The position numbers and the translations under genes were made by a program. Source: a virus. Taken from it: a stretch of DNA of 64,000 nt. Below are positions 10,285 through 18,772 of the stretch, one piece after another. How positions within the stretch are numbered: position 1 is the first letter of the stretch; every line of letters starts with the position of its first letter. Where the stretch lies: positions 1 through 64,000 of the IMG/VR virus record IMGVR_UViG_3300049912_000012; one strand, given 5' to 3'. The notes below the pieces were generated by a model. That model had not been told where the DNA came from, searched no databases, and was given only the letters and a program-made list of their open reading frames with translations.

Positions 10285-10607
10285 TATGCGAGATCATCAA
10301 TGAGTTTTTGTGCAACTTCTTTTGTCAAAGCTTTCTCATTGAGTACTTTACCATCTTTGTTAACTACATCAAATAAACTCTTGCTCTTACCTCTTGGTTG
10401 CATATTGTAAACAGTTTTTGCCACAACAAGCGGAGGTTCATCCTTTTTAGGTATACTTTCAAGTGGAATGATAAGGTCTTTAAAAGCATTCGGTATCACG
10501 TCAGGATGCGCCCTAAATGTCTGACCTGGCTTTATAATCTTCCCGTTCAGCCTCAAAGAACCTCCTCCTACCTTTTTCCACATTATTGATCCATCTTCTC
10601 TCTCCAT
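10284..10607 (-). CDS. Hypothetical protein, possibly virion-associated
   Basis: 107-aa ORF in the head operon, translationally coupled to the glycan cluster. Confidence 0.55.
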   Translation of the reverse strand: MEREDGSIMWKKVGGGSLRLNGKIIKPGQTFRAHPDVIPNAFKDLIIPLESIPKKDEPPLVVAKTVYNMQPRGKSKSLFDVVNKDGKVLNEKALTKEVAQKLIDDLA

Positions 10608-10634
10608 AACTAAGTATTTTTAATATTAAAATTA

Positions 10635-11381
10635 CTATGCTGCTTTATTCTTCTTTAATGCTTGCTTTGTAACGCTTACTTTATCTCCAATCTGCTTCTT
10701 CCCTTCAGGTGAAATATTATTCCAAAACTCCTGTTTTATACTTCTTCTCTCTTCTATATCTATAGAGGCAATCATCTTTTCTCTCATAGTCTGCCACTGC
10801 TTTAGAGCTGCTTCCCTAAGAGCTTCCTTATGATGTGCTTTTGCCTCTGTAGACATGCTTAATTTAGCTTGCCTACAAACCTCTCTATGTCTCTCTTTTT
10901 TCTCAGGAGTCCATTTAATAAGTTGAACTTGTCTAATATTTTCAACCATTTGATCTTTTTTATCCTTATCCATGTTAGCCATTCCTCTTTTCGTTCCTTC
11001 ACTTGTCTTTCGTCTCTCTTCAGGATTTTTAAAACGTTCTATTGCTTTTATGCTCATTAATGCTTTTGAATCTTCTGAAAAACATCCACTCACTCTTAAA
11101 CCACCAGTAGGACTAATATTATAACCATTAGGAGAAAATGTATTATATTGTAATATATATTTAGATTGAGCATTATAGGCATCTACTTTTAACATAAACC
11201 TTTCTAGTATCCGTCTTTCAAAATTAAACTTTCCATATTTCTTGATAGCATCCCTGAGCATATCACCACTACCAATATACCTGTCATCAATATTACGTGT
11301 AGAATGCTCACCTACATATTGCTTTCCATTAATTTTATTAGTCGTGATATATACGTAATGATATTTTCTTGTTATTGTCAT
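10635..11381 (-). CDS. Free-standing GIY-YIG (Seg-like) homing endonuclease
   Basis: YVYITTNKINGKQYVG.H...YIGSG, GYNISPTGG, NUMOD3-like basic repeats. Confidence 0.85.
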   Translation of the reverse strand: MTITRKYHYVYITTNKINGKQYVGEHSTRNIDDRYIGSGDMLRDAIKKYGKFNFERRILERFMLKVDAYNAQSKYILQYNTFSPNGYNISPTGGLRVSGCFSEDSKALMSIKAIERFKNPEERRKTSEGTKRGMANMDKDKKDQMVENIRQVQLIKWTPEKKERHREVCRQAKLSMSTEAKAHHKEALREAALKQWQTMREKMIASIDIEERRSIKQEFWNNISPEGKKQIGDKVSVTKQALKKNKAA

Positions 11382-11423
11382 ATTGAAAAATTACTTGGTT
11401 AGTAAGTATTTGATAATCAGCAT

Positions 11424-12521
11424 TTAAGCCAAATGTACTATGCCCGATTTTCCGTTTTGGTCACTGCGCAATTGCGGGATTTGTATTGTCACGACTTTAA
11501 ATTTCGTAAGCCAATCGCCCTCCGTTTTCCACTCTACGTTCTGAAGTCCAAGACCCTGAACAAGTCTTACTACATCAGGAGTCATCTGGACAAGAAGTAC
11601 GTTATCAGCAGTAAGGGTATCAACTACCTTTATGCCTTTAATACCTGCAATCTTCAGAATCCTCTCACGAATAGTAGTACCTGGGGTATTAGTATCGTAG
11701 TCATCATCTAACACAGTTTCATAAGCTGTTGGTATATACAACATCCAAGGACCATAGTGATAAGCATTGATACTTGCCTGTTTCATCTCCAAGACATCCT
11801 GGAGTATTCCTGCAGCAGTCATTGCTGAATGATTCCAGTGTATGCTGAGATTAACGGTGTTCCTGTCAGGATGGTTGACATAAGAATAAATCTTGTTCAA
11901 CCCCCTTGAGTCTGTTTCCCCAAATGCATAAGTTGTATTTGTGAAAAGCATAGTTTCAAGTTTTTCCTGGATTCTACGAGCAGCCATTTCAGCAGCAGTG
12001 GTATCCAATGGATTACCAAGGCTACGTGAAGCTGCAAGTACTCTTGCATTGATCTCATAATCCACATGAATTACAGGAATAGGCAGATAATTGTGTTGGA
12101 ACTTAGGCCTATCACCATTACCACGAGTGATACCATCCATAGTAAGAGTTGCCTCCATCCCATCACTTACATCATGCCATTCAAGTACAGTAGTCCCCAT
12201 TGCATTACCAAGTTGATAAGTGAGACCATTGGAAATAAGGTCTTCTATACCACCAAGACGATAACGGGAAGCTACAAGAAGAGCTTCATCAAGTTGTTTC
12301 CACTCATCCCTACGGAGAGTAGCATTAGTATTTATAGGTTTTGTCACCCAATTGTCCGGATCAGATGTAGCACCACCTTTATAAATGGTAATATATGCCC
12401 TGCCATCATTGCCTATAAATGGACGCATTGCACCAAGATTCATCTGACCAGCACTTGCGAGCTGATTAGCAACCTCTCCTGCACCCTGTCCACCTGCGAT
12501 TAAATCTACATTTACGTTCAT
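11424..12521 (-). CDS. Major capsid protein (HK97 fold, encapsulin/linocin-like)
   Basis: 365 aa, strong AAGGAGG SD, follows protease and decoration genes; EWKQLD, PIPVIH.DY.I..R, LDTT.A..AAR motifs. Confidence 0.85.
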   Translation of the reverse strand: MNVNVDLIAGGQGAGEVANQLASAGQMNLGAMRPFIGNDGRAYITIYKGGATSDPDNWVTKPINTNATLRRDEWKQLDEALLVASRYRLGGIEDLISNGLTYQLGNAMGTTVLEWHDVSDGMEATLTMDGITRGNGDRPKFQHNYLPIPVIHVDYEINARVLAASRSLGNPLDTTAAEMAARRIQEKLETMLFTNTTYAFGETDSRGLNKIYSYVNHPDRNTVNLSIHWNHSAMTAAGILQDVLEMKQASINAYHYGPWMLYIPTAYETVLDDDYDTNTPGTTIRERILKIAGIKGIKVVDTLTADNVLLVQMTPDVVRLVQGLGLQNVEWKTEGDWLTKFKVVTIQIPQLRSDQNGKSGIVHLA

Positions 12522-12543
12522 TATTTATCCTCCTTTATATATT

Positions 12544-13050
12544 TTAAACTATCCTAACCTTGATACGAGGATGATAATAAGCACCTCCGGCACTTGAATC
12601 TGATCCTTCAGGAAGCGTAGAAAGATTCTTTGCTTCCAAAGCAAGAGCAACAACAGGAAAACTATACACTGTATTAGCTACCTGTGCATCTGCAGAAGTC
12701 CATGTTTCAACAGTATGTTTAGTTAACATCCCATCACCATTAGATTCCAAAGGATCACCAATAGCTATGTTCTGTTCATCTGCTAAACAAGCATAAACAA
12801 TATCACCTCTTCCTGCAATCCACACCTGTACTTGATCACCAGATGTGTAACTATCATCTATCCCTTTACCCTGAAGTTCATCTTCAAGAGCAAACATAGG
12901 AATAGCATTACCTCCAGATGTAGCATGTTTGCGAATAGTTGCTGCAGCAGGAGTCTGTTCAACCAGTTGACCTGGAAGAATAGCAGTAGCAGCAGTAAAC
13001 TCTTCTATTACATCGGAGTACTTCTTGATTTTAATTGTCTGATAAGCCAT
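12544..13050 (-). CDS. Capsid decoration/cement protein
   Basis: 168-aa beta-rich protein between protease and MCP, strong SD. Confidence 0.65.
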   Translation of the reverse strand: MAYQTIKIKKYSDVIEEFTAATAILPGQLVEQTPAAATIRKHATSGGNAIPMFALEDELQGKGIDDSYTSGDQVQVWIAGRGDIVYACLADEQNIAIGDPLESNGDGMLTKHTVETWTSADAQVANTVYSFPVVALALEAKNLSTLPEGSDSSAGGAYYHPRIKVRIV

Positions 13051-13064
13051 TTCTTATTTCCTCC

Positions 13065-13526
13065 TTAATTTTTTTTAATTACTACACCTGCGGGATAAAG
13101 AGGTTCTTCTCCGCCTGCATTAGCATTGATAGAACTCATACCCAAATAATTAGTCGGTAATTCTTCCTTCTTAACAGAATTATACACTCTTTCAAGCATA
13201 TCATCTGTCATATTATTCAGAATATCATCAGGCCACTGATCTTTTGCGTTAGCCTGTATAGCCTGAACCCTCGTAGCACGTCTCTCTGCCCTTTGCTGCC
13301 TCGCCCAAGCAAGATCAGCCTGATCTGCAGGAGATAGCTTGTTCACTTCAACTGTCTTCTCAATGACTTTCTCAACTTCCTTGACCACTGGTACAAGTTT
13401 ATCGAGAACAGATTCTTCCTGAGTCAACAGCCATTCCCTATCTGCCTCTTCAAACTTCGATTCCTTGTTAGTAATCAAAGCATTGATTTTTTCAAGGCAT
13501 TTGGGGCAATCTTTAGCGTTTGCCAT
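13065..13526 (-). CDS. Nested scaffold protein (internal in-frame start in the protease gene)
   Basis: AAGGAGG at 13534-13540, 7 nt upstream of in-frame ATG 13526; helical, charged 153-aa product. Confidence 0.6.
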   Translation of the reverse strand: MANAKDCPKCLEKINALITNKESKFEEADREWLLTQEESVLDKLVPVVKEVEKVIEKTVEVNKLSPADQADLAWARQQRAERRATRVQAIQANAKDQWPDDILNNMTDDMLERVYNSVKKEELPTNYLGMSSINANAGGEEPLYPAGVVIKKN

Positions 13527-14711
13527 TTTTTGTCCTCCTTTTTGATTATTACTATTAATACCTCTTGTCAAACTACTGTTGACAACATATTCCACCTTGC
13601 GATGGACTTCAACAGGATTACCAGTTAACTCAACGCCCCCGCTGTTGATCTCGTAACTCTGTTTATACATTTTAGACTCACCATTATTTGACATTGTATA
13701 GATGAGTTCGTTATCATACATCTCTTCAAGATAGTTATAAGTGCCATTCTTGTCTAATTTCTGAAGAGTCTTATAAACCATCTGCATCTTTTCATTATAA
13801 CCTTTCTCGGCATTGTTGCCTATCTGATGAACTGTATTGCCCATCATATGCAACTTCTTAATCATTTCTTCTGCTTTCATATCATCATCATCATCATCAT
13901 TCTCATCATCATTAGTCTCCGGTTTTTTCTTACATTTCTTGTTTGTCATATCTTCATCTTTTTTCTTATTTGCTCCTATTCCGCAACCATCCTCACAACT
14001 ACATGCTCCAACCTGGTCAGGAAGCACAGCAAGATGATCAGGTCTATAATTATATGCTACCATACCATATTTCTCTCCATTCCATTCACCTTCTTCCTTC
14101 TCATAATCTGCAAACATACCAAGACTGACTTCTATCTCCTTACTCTCATTGACATCATTCAATGTATTTGCAGATACCTTATTTAACTTATCTTCATCAA
14201 ACCAAATCTCTGCTTTAAGTTTATTATCTTCTATCTTGGAATTATAAACCTTTCCTACATTAACAGCATCAATAACTTCAGGTTTATTTGCGGATATAGC
14301 AATACCATCTTCTTCGGGATGATATACAACAACAGGGATGCCATTCCATGCCTCGGTATATTTACCTAACTCTGCTGCTGAATGAAAGACAGGACCAAGA
14401 TTACCATTATGAACTCCTTCTACCATCATCACAACAGGCACTACAAGATGTGCTTTCTCTTGATGAACTACAAGTTTAGGTTCATATGTTACTGTCTGCT
14501 TATTCTTATAAACAGAATAATTACCTTCTGTCTTATTCACCTGTACTACTCCATTAGCTTGTCTTATAGCCGAAACAGCACATTCTTTTTCCGAACCTCC
14601 TTTAGCCATACATCTCTTTAATACAGAATTGGCAATCCTGCACCATTGCTTTTTCCCGGCATCGCTTAATCCTTTTTTGTGAGAATCCACATTACTGACA
14701 CTCCAAGGCAT
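13065..14711 (-). CDS. DUF2213-type prohead protease with ChaB-like N-terminus and C-terminal scaffold region
   Basis: EGVHNG, WNGIPVVVYHP, EVSLG, PDHLAVLPDQVGACS..DGCG; located upstream of decoration gene and MCP. Confidence 0.8.
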   Translation of the reverse strand: MPWSVSNVDSHKKGLSDAGKKQWCRIANSVLKRCMAKGGSEKECAVSAIRQANGVVQVNKTEGNYSVYKNKQTVTYEPKLVVHQEKAHLVVPVVMMVEGVHNGNLGPVFHSAAELGKYTEAWNGIPVVVYHPEEDGIAISANKPEVIDAVNVGKVYNSKIEDNKLKAEIWFDEDKLNKVSANTLNDVNESKEIEVSLGMFADYEKEEGEWNGEKYGMVAYNYRPDHLAVLPDQVGACSCEDGCGIGANKKKDEDMTNKKCKKKPETNDDENDDDDDDMKAEEMIKKLHMMGNTVHQIGNNAEKGYNEKMQMVYKTLQKLDKNGTYNYLEEMYDNELIYTMSNNGESKMYKQSYEINSGGVELTGNPVEVHRKVEYVVNSSLTRGINSNNQKGGQKMANAKDCPKCLEKINALITNKESKFEEADREWLLTQEESVLDKLVPVVKEVEKVIEKTVEVNKLSPADQADLAWARQQRAERRATRVQAIQANAKDQWPDDILNNMTDDMLERVYNSVKKEELPTNYLGMSSINANAGGEEPLYPAGVVIKKN

Positions 14712-14730
14712 AATTATATTCTCCTATCTT

Positions 14731-15063
14731 TTATAATGTTGGATCAATTTGTACTACATCTATAACTTTTAACAACCCAATATTTACTGTTCTTATATAA
14801 CTTTTATTCGCAGTATAAGTAACTATTTCATAATAATAACTCCCTGTTTCCAAATCTTTAGTTGTAGTATAATCATATCCAAAAGTTATTGTTTCAGTAT
14901 CAGAATCAAGTGTTCCTTCCAGTTCAATTTCCGTAGCATCACCTAAAGTTTTAACAGCAAAAAATTTAAACAATAAACCCTCTAAATCAGGAAGTCCTGT
15001 AACAATTAATTCAATCGTCCCAGTACGTCCCTTATCTATTGAGATTAGATGATCTATTGGCAT
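14731..15063 (-). CDS. Small Ig-like (BppU-N-like) structural protein
   Basis: IDKGRT, T..L..G.YYYEI pattern; head-region context. Confidence 0.45.
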   Translation of the reverse strand: MPIDHLISIDKGRTGTIELIVTGLPDLEGLLFKFFAVKTLGDATEIELEGTLDSDTETITFGYDYTTTKDLETGSYYYEIVTYTANKSYIRTVNIGLLKVIDVVQIDPTL

Positions 15064-15064
15064 A

Positions 15065-16357
15065 TTATTCCCACTTTAATTTTATATTGCTTATTTTTTG
15101 CCTTGTTATCCTATTCGTTCTAATTAAACCCTTTATCTTAGGAATTGGTTGCCTACTTGTTACTTTTATAATCTTTACCTCATCTTTAATCTTATTTATT
15201 TCTATATCTGCTTTTATAGAAATTATCTTCAGCGGGTATAAAATACTTATTAAAATTAAAATGATAACATCTATAAATTGATTTTGATTAACATCTTGCA
15301 ATTCTAAGTTATTCTCTTGTACTAATTCAATATTCTCAATCCTTACTAATTGTATTAAATCTTGAATAAATAAAATATGTTGTTGATTTAATACAATATT
15401 TCCAATTAATTCATTTATTAAACTATCATCAATAGTTAATTTATGAAATTGTCCTAATACAATCAACCCAATTATTTGGGTTTGTAATATATCATCAACA
15501 TGAAGATTAACTGATACTTCTAAGACAATATCTTCAATAATTAATGATTGATTAATATTTTCAATAATTAGATTATGAACCTGTATTAAAATAAGATTAC
15601 TTAAAAATTGTTGTTGATTTATATCACTAACCAATATATCATGTACTTGGATAATAACAATATTCCCAATAGATTGAGATTGATTGATATGCTGAACAAC
15701 TAATACATGTTCTTGGATTAATACAATATTCTCAATACTTTGTAATAACGAGGTATTAACGACATATAGGTAATGAACTTGTGTTAATATAATACTACCG
15801 ATTGTACATGATCCATTTATATCTTGGATTGCAATATTTTGATTTTCTACTAATATTATATTCCCAATGAATTGACCTTCTAATATATCATTAATTACTA
15901 AGTTATGTACCTGGACCAATACTATCTCATCAATAATAATACCTATGTTACTTGCTGTTACAACTAGAACATGTACCTGTATAAGTACAATATTATCTAT
16001 AATAGGTGATTGATTTAATCCTTGAATTATAAGATAATGAACTTGCACTAAAACAATGTTCTCAATACCTTGTACTTGGTTAACATCATTTACTACTAAA
16101 AGATGAACCTGTATAAGAACAATATTCCCTAGAGTTTCAGCAACAACACTATCCTGGACAATTAAATTATGGACTTGAATTAATACAATATTCTCAACAG
16201 ATTGACCTTGATTAACATTTTGGATAACCAAGTTAATACCTGAAGGTGTCTCCCAAAATTCATTCGCAATGAGATGCGACATACTACCAGTAGATTTCTT
16301 AATTAAATCACTGGACTGTAACCTACCACTCTCTAACCTGCGAAAAATATTAGCCAT
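15065..16357 (-). CDS. Fibre-like protein with ~15 tandem 22-aa repeats
   Basis: Repeat consensus xLxIxDINQxQxIxNIVLIQVH is visible in the translation. Confidence 0.7.
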   Translation of the reverse strand: MANIFRRLESGRLQSSDLIKKSTGSMSHLIANEFWETPSGINLVIQNVNQGQSVENIVLIQVHNLIVQDSVVAETLGNIVLIQVHLLVVNDVNQVQGIENIVLVQVHYLIIQGLNQSPIIDNIVLIQVHVLVVTASNIGIIIDEIVLVQVHNLVINDILEGQFIGNIILVENQNIAIQDINGSCTIGSIILTQVHYLYVVNTSLLQSIENIVLIQEHVLVVQHINQSQSIGNIVIIQVHDILVSDINQQQFLSNLILIQVHNLIIENINQSLIIEDIVLEVSVNLHVDDILQTQIIGLIVLGQFHKLTIDDSLINELIGNIVLNQQHILFIQDLIQLVRIENIELVQENNLELQDVNQNQFIDVIILILISILYPLKIISIKADIEINKIKDEVKIIKVTSRQPIPKIKGLIRTNRITRQKISNIKLKWE

Positions 16358-17183
16358 TACTTATATCAAATGCTAATTCTGGTAATCCTGACGATGTACC
16401 CGTATCTGTAGTAACTAAAAACATTATAGCACTATCGGCATAGACTACTGGTGCCCCTGTCTTAAATATATCATGTATATCTCCTGCTCCAACGGTAGGT
16501 ACTCTACCAGATGTCCAAAGAGAACGCATTATATTAAGATTATAAGTCCCTGCTGTGGCTGATCCTGTTGTTGTGGTGACGCTGTTAATCTGCTGTACAC
16601 CCGTGTCTCCTGATTGAAGGGATAGTTGTATCATCTTACCTAAAGTAAGGTTAGCTGCGGTCTGTGTAGGCATTGTAGCCGTTCTTCCAGATGTGCCTGC
16701 TTGGTTAGTATATCCAACAGATACGGTAAAGGCTGTTGCACTTGTGAAAGTACTCAATGCCTCAAACCATAGTTCATTCCTTGCTCCATAGGCAGCACCA
16801 CCTAAGTAATCAGGACATCTGCCCGTAATGTTAGGCCATCCCGTAGTAACCGTAATAACACCGTTATTATAGTTAATAGCACCCATCTTAACTAACCTAT
16901 CAAAGAGTGATAGTCTCCCTGCTACCGTACTACCAAATTCTACCTTTGTGAGATACCCTGTGCCAGATGAGAATGATACATCAGGATAACCAGCGATAGA
17001 GTCCGTCTCTAATGTTCCACCATTTGCAGTGTTTGTACCCGCATTAGTACCCGCACCCGGGTTTCCCGCAAGTTCAAACATGTGAAAGTTCATAAGGGCT
17101 ACCGATGTACGAGCAGTAGTCTTGGTAATACGGATTCGTTGACGATTAGAAGCCAACCATTGATCCAATGAAGTTATTGCCAT
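16350..17183 (-). CDS. Putative virion structural protein (T/G/S-rich)
   Basis: 277-aa beta-rich ORF in the head operon. Confidence 0.5.
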   Translation of the reverse strand: MAITSLDQWLASNRQRIRITKTTARTSVALMNFHMFELAGNPGAGTNAGTNTANGGTLETDSIAGYPDVSFSSGTGYLTKVEFGSTVAGRLSLFDRLVKMGAINYNNGVITVTTGWPNITGRCPDYLGGAAYGARNELWFEALSTFTSATAFTVSVGYTNQAGTSGRTATMPTQTAANLTLGKMIQLSLQSGDTGVQQINSVTTTTGSATAGTYNLNIMRSLWTSGRVPTVGAGDIHDIFKTGAPVVYADSAIMFLVTTDTGTSSGLPELAFDISNG

Positions 17184-17195
17184 GTTATTTGACTA

Positions 17196-17570
17196 TTAAG
17201 TAGGATCGGCAATCTCAAACTTAAATGCAGGAATATTAACAGTATTCCCACTTGTAAGCACCTGTGATGTTATAGTAGTAACAGCTAATAAAACTGATCC
17301 TGAACATATCGCAGCATAAACTGCTGTTCCACTTGAATCAACAGTTACCCCAACTTGTGCATTTACTGTTAATTTTCTTCCACTTACATCTCCATTAACA
17401 GGACCGGTATAAGAACCACTTGTTAATCCTGTTTTTAATGCAAGTTTAAAAGTTGATGTAGCCTCTGCATAAGTAGTAGGTTGCGCATTGCATACACACA
17501 ATTGTGTACCCCCACTTTTAATAATATTTAAACTACCATCAATTACCGAATCATCTAATGTTTTTGCCAT
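17196..17570 (-). CDS. Putative virion structural protein
   Basis: 124 aa, AGGAG SD, beta-rich, heads the fibre gene group. Confidence 0.55.
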   Translation of the reverse strand: MAKTLDDSVIDGSLNIIKSGGTQLCVCNAQPTTYAEATSTFKLALKTGLTSGSYTGPVNGDVSGRKLTVNAQVGVTVDSSGTAVYAAICSGSVLLAVTTITSQVLTSGNTVNIPAFKFEIADPT

Positions 17571-17588
17571 AATTTTATTCTCCTATAT

Positions 17589-17822
17589 TTATGTACGGTT
17601 TGCACTCTTAAATGTTATCTTAAATCCACACTCATAACAATTATATTTATATAGATTAGCCCTTGAATTGGTAAGATATTTCATTTCGTTCCAATCTAAT
17701 GCTAACCTATCTATGCAATGCCTGCAATATACTACATCACTAACATGAATACCTCCCACAACCTTATTAACCCCCGTTGGAGTAAGTGTAGGAAATGTAG
17801 AATATATAACTGCTGATCCCAT
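17589..17822 (-). CDS. Small Zn-finger-like protein
   Basis: CRHC ... CYECG. Confidence 0.45.
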   Translation of the reverse strand: MGSAVIYSTFPTLTPTGVNKVVGGIHVSDVVYCRHCIDRLALDWNEMKYLTNSRANLYKYNCYECGFKITFKSANRT

Positions 17823-18772
17823 TATTTCTTATAATATTTCGTAAGTTCCTCAACATGAGGTAAATAGATGCAACGACATCTCGTATGAAAAGGTAGCATC
17901 CCGCTTGCCTCATCTAACGTATATACCTTACCCTCATACGGTTTGCAAAGTTCACAAACTCGATCATCTCCTGCGGTCTTTATTTCCGCTAAAACATTCA
18001 CGCCCTCTACTCCCCAATTACGAAATTCTTGAAGCTGCGCCTCATTGAAACTTCGCATTATTTCGGTTCTCGCAAGCATCTCTGCACGTACCTGTGCAGG
18101 AATAAATCTTCCTAAAGTATCCGTTATCCCCAAATCTCCCATCCCTGTCCCGTTAATTGTCGCAACAAGTTTCCTCGCAAGGAGCAACATCCCATCCCCA
18201 TCAGCAATACCCTGTGCAAGAACTCTTGCTATCTGCATATCCATAGCTGCAGTGATGCCTTTTAGATCGTTGAAAGTCCTTGTAAAAAGGAGTCCAAGTC
18301 TCTCTAAATGAAAAATATTTCTTGACCAAATATCCACTCCCCCTGACTGATCCATAGTAGGAATGTCCATCCCTGCCTTTACCATCTCGCTTCTTGCTCG
18401 CATCAGTCCTCTCTTGTAACTATCTGCTATATATAGGTTAGTCCATGCTGACTCTATACTCTTTCCTACCTGTTGAAAAGTAGTGACTTCTAAGATTCCT
18501 TTATCTACCTGTATCTGTAACCACTTCATGAACTCCACTACTTTCTCTGCATCACGTCTGAAGATAAATGCTTCCTTACCTGGAGTTGTCATCTGCAAAG
18601 TATGAGTCTTAGGCTTTAATCCAAATACATCTTCCTCTACTACTGCTTTCTTAACTACTGTAACAAGCTCAGTAAACCTACGATTCATATTACGAGAGAA
18701 AACATTTCTTAACGTTGTCGTCATCGAAGGGTCAACTTGAATTGCTTGTCTATATGTTACTAACTCACTCAA
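17822..18772 (-). CDS. Head morphogenesis protein (SPP1 gp7/Mu F-like)
   Basis: RAEMLARTE, TAGDDRVC..C, LPFHTRCRC; adjacent to portal. Confidence 0.88.
   Translation of the reverse strand: MSELVTYRQAIQVDPSMTTTLRNVFSRNMNRRFTELVTVVKKAVVEEDVFGLKPKTHTLQMTTPGKEAFIFRRDAEKVVEFMKWLQIQVDKGILEVTTFQQVGKSIESAWTNLYIADSYKRGLMRARSEMVKAGMDIPTMDQSGGVDIWSRNIFHLERLGLLFTRTFNDLKGITAAMDMQIARVLAQGIADGDGMLLLARKLVATINGTGMGDLGITDTLGRFIPAQVRAEMLARTEIMRSFNEAQLQEFRNWGVEGVNVLAEIKTAGDDRVCELCKPYEGKVYTLDEASGMLPFHTRCRCIYLPHVEELTKYYKK

Noticed and set aside
10635-11423. Group I intron around the GIY-YIG gene
   Set aside because: Flanking genes are intact and the spacers are too short for an intron core.
11424-12521. Encapsulin nanocompartment
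   Set aside because: The context (terminase, portal, protease, decoration) shows it is the phage capsid.
13878-13912. (CAT)n microsatellite
   Set aside because: Encodes a poly-Asp linker in the protease; low complexity only.
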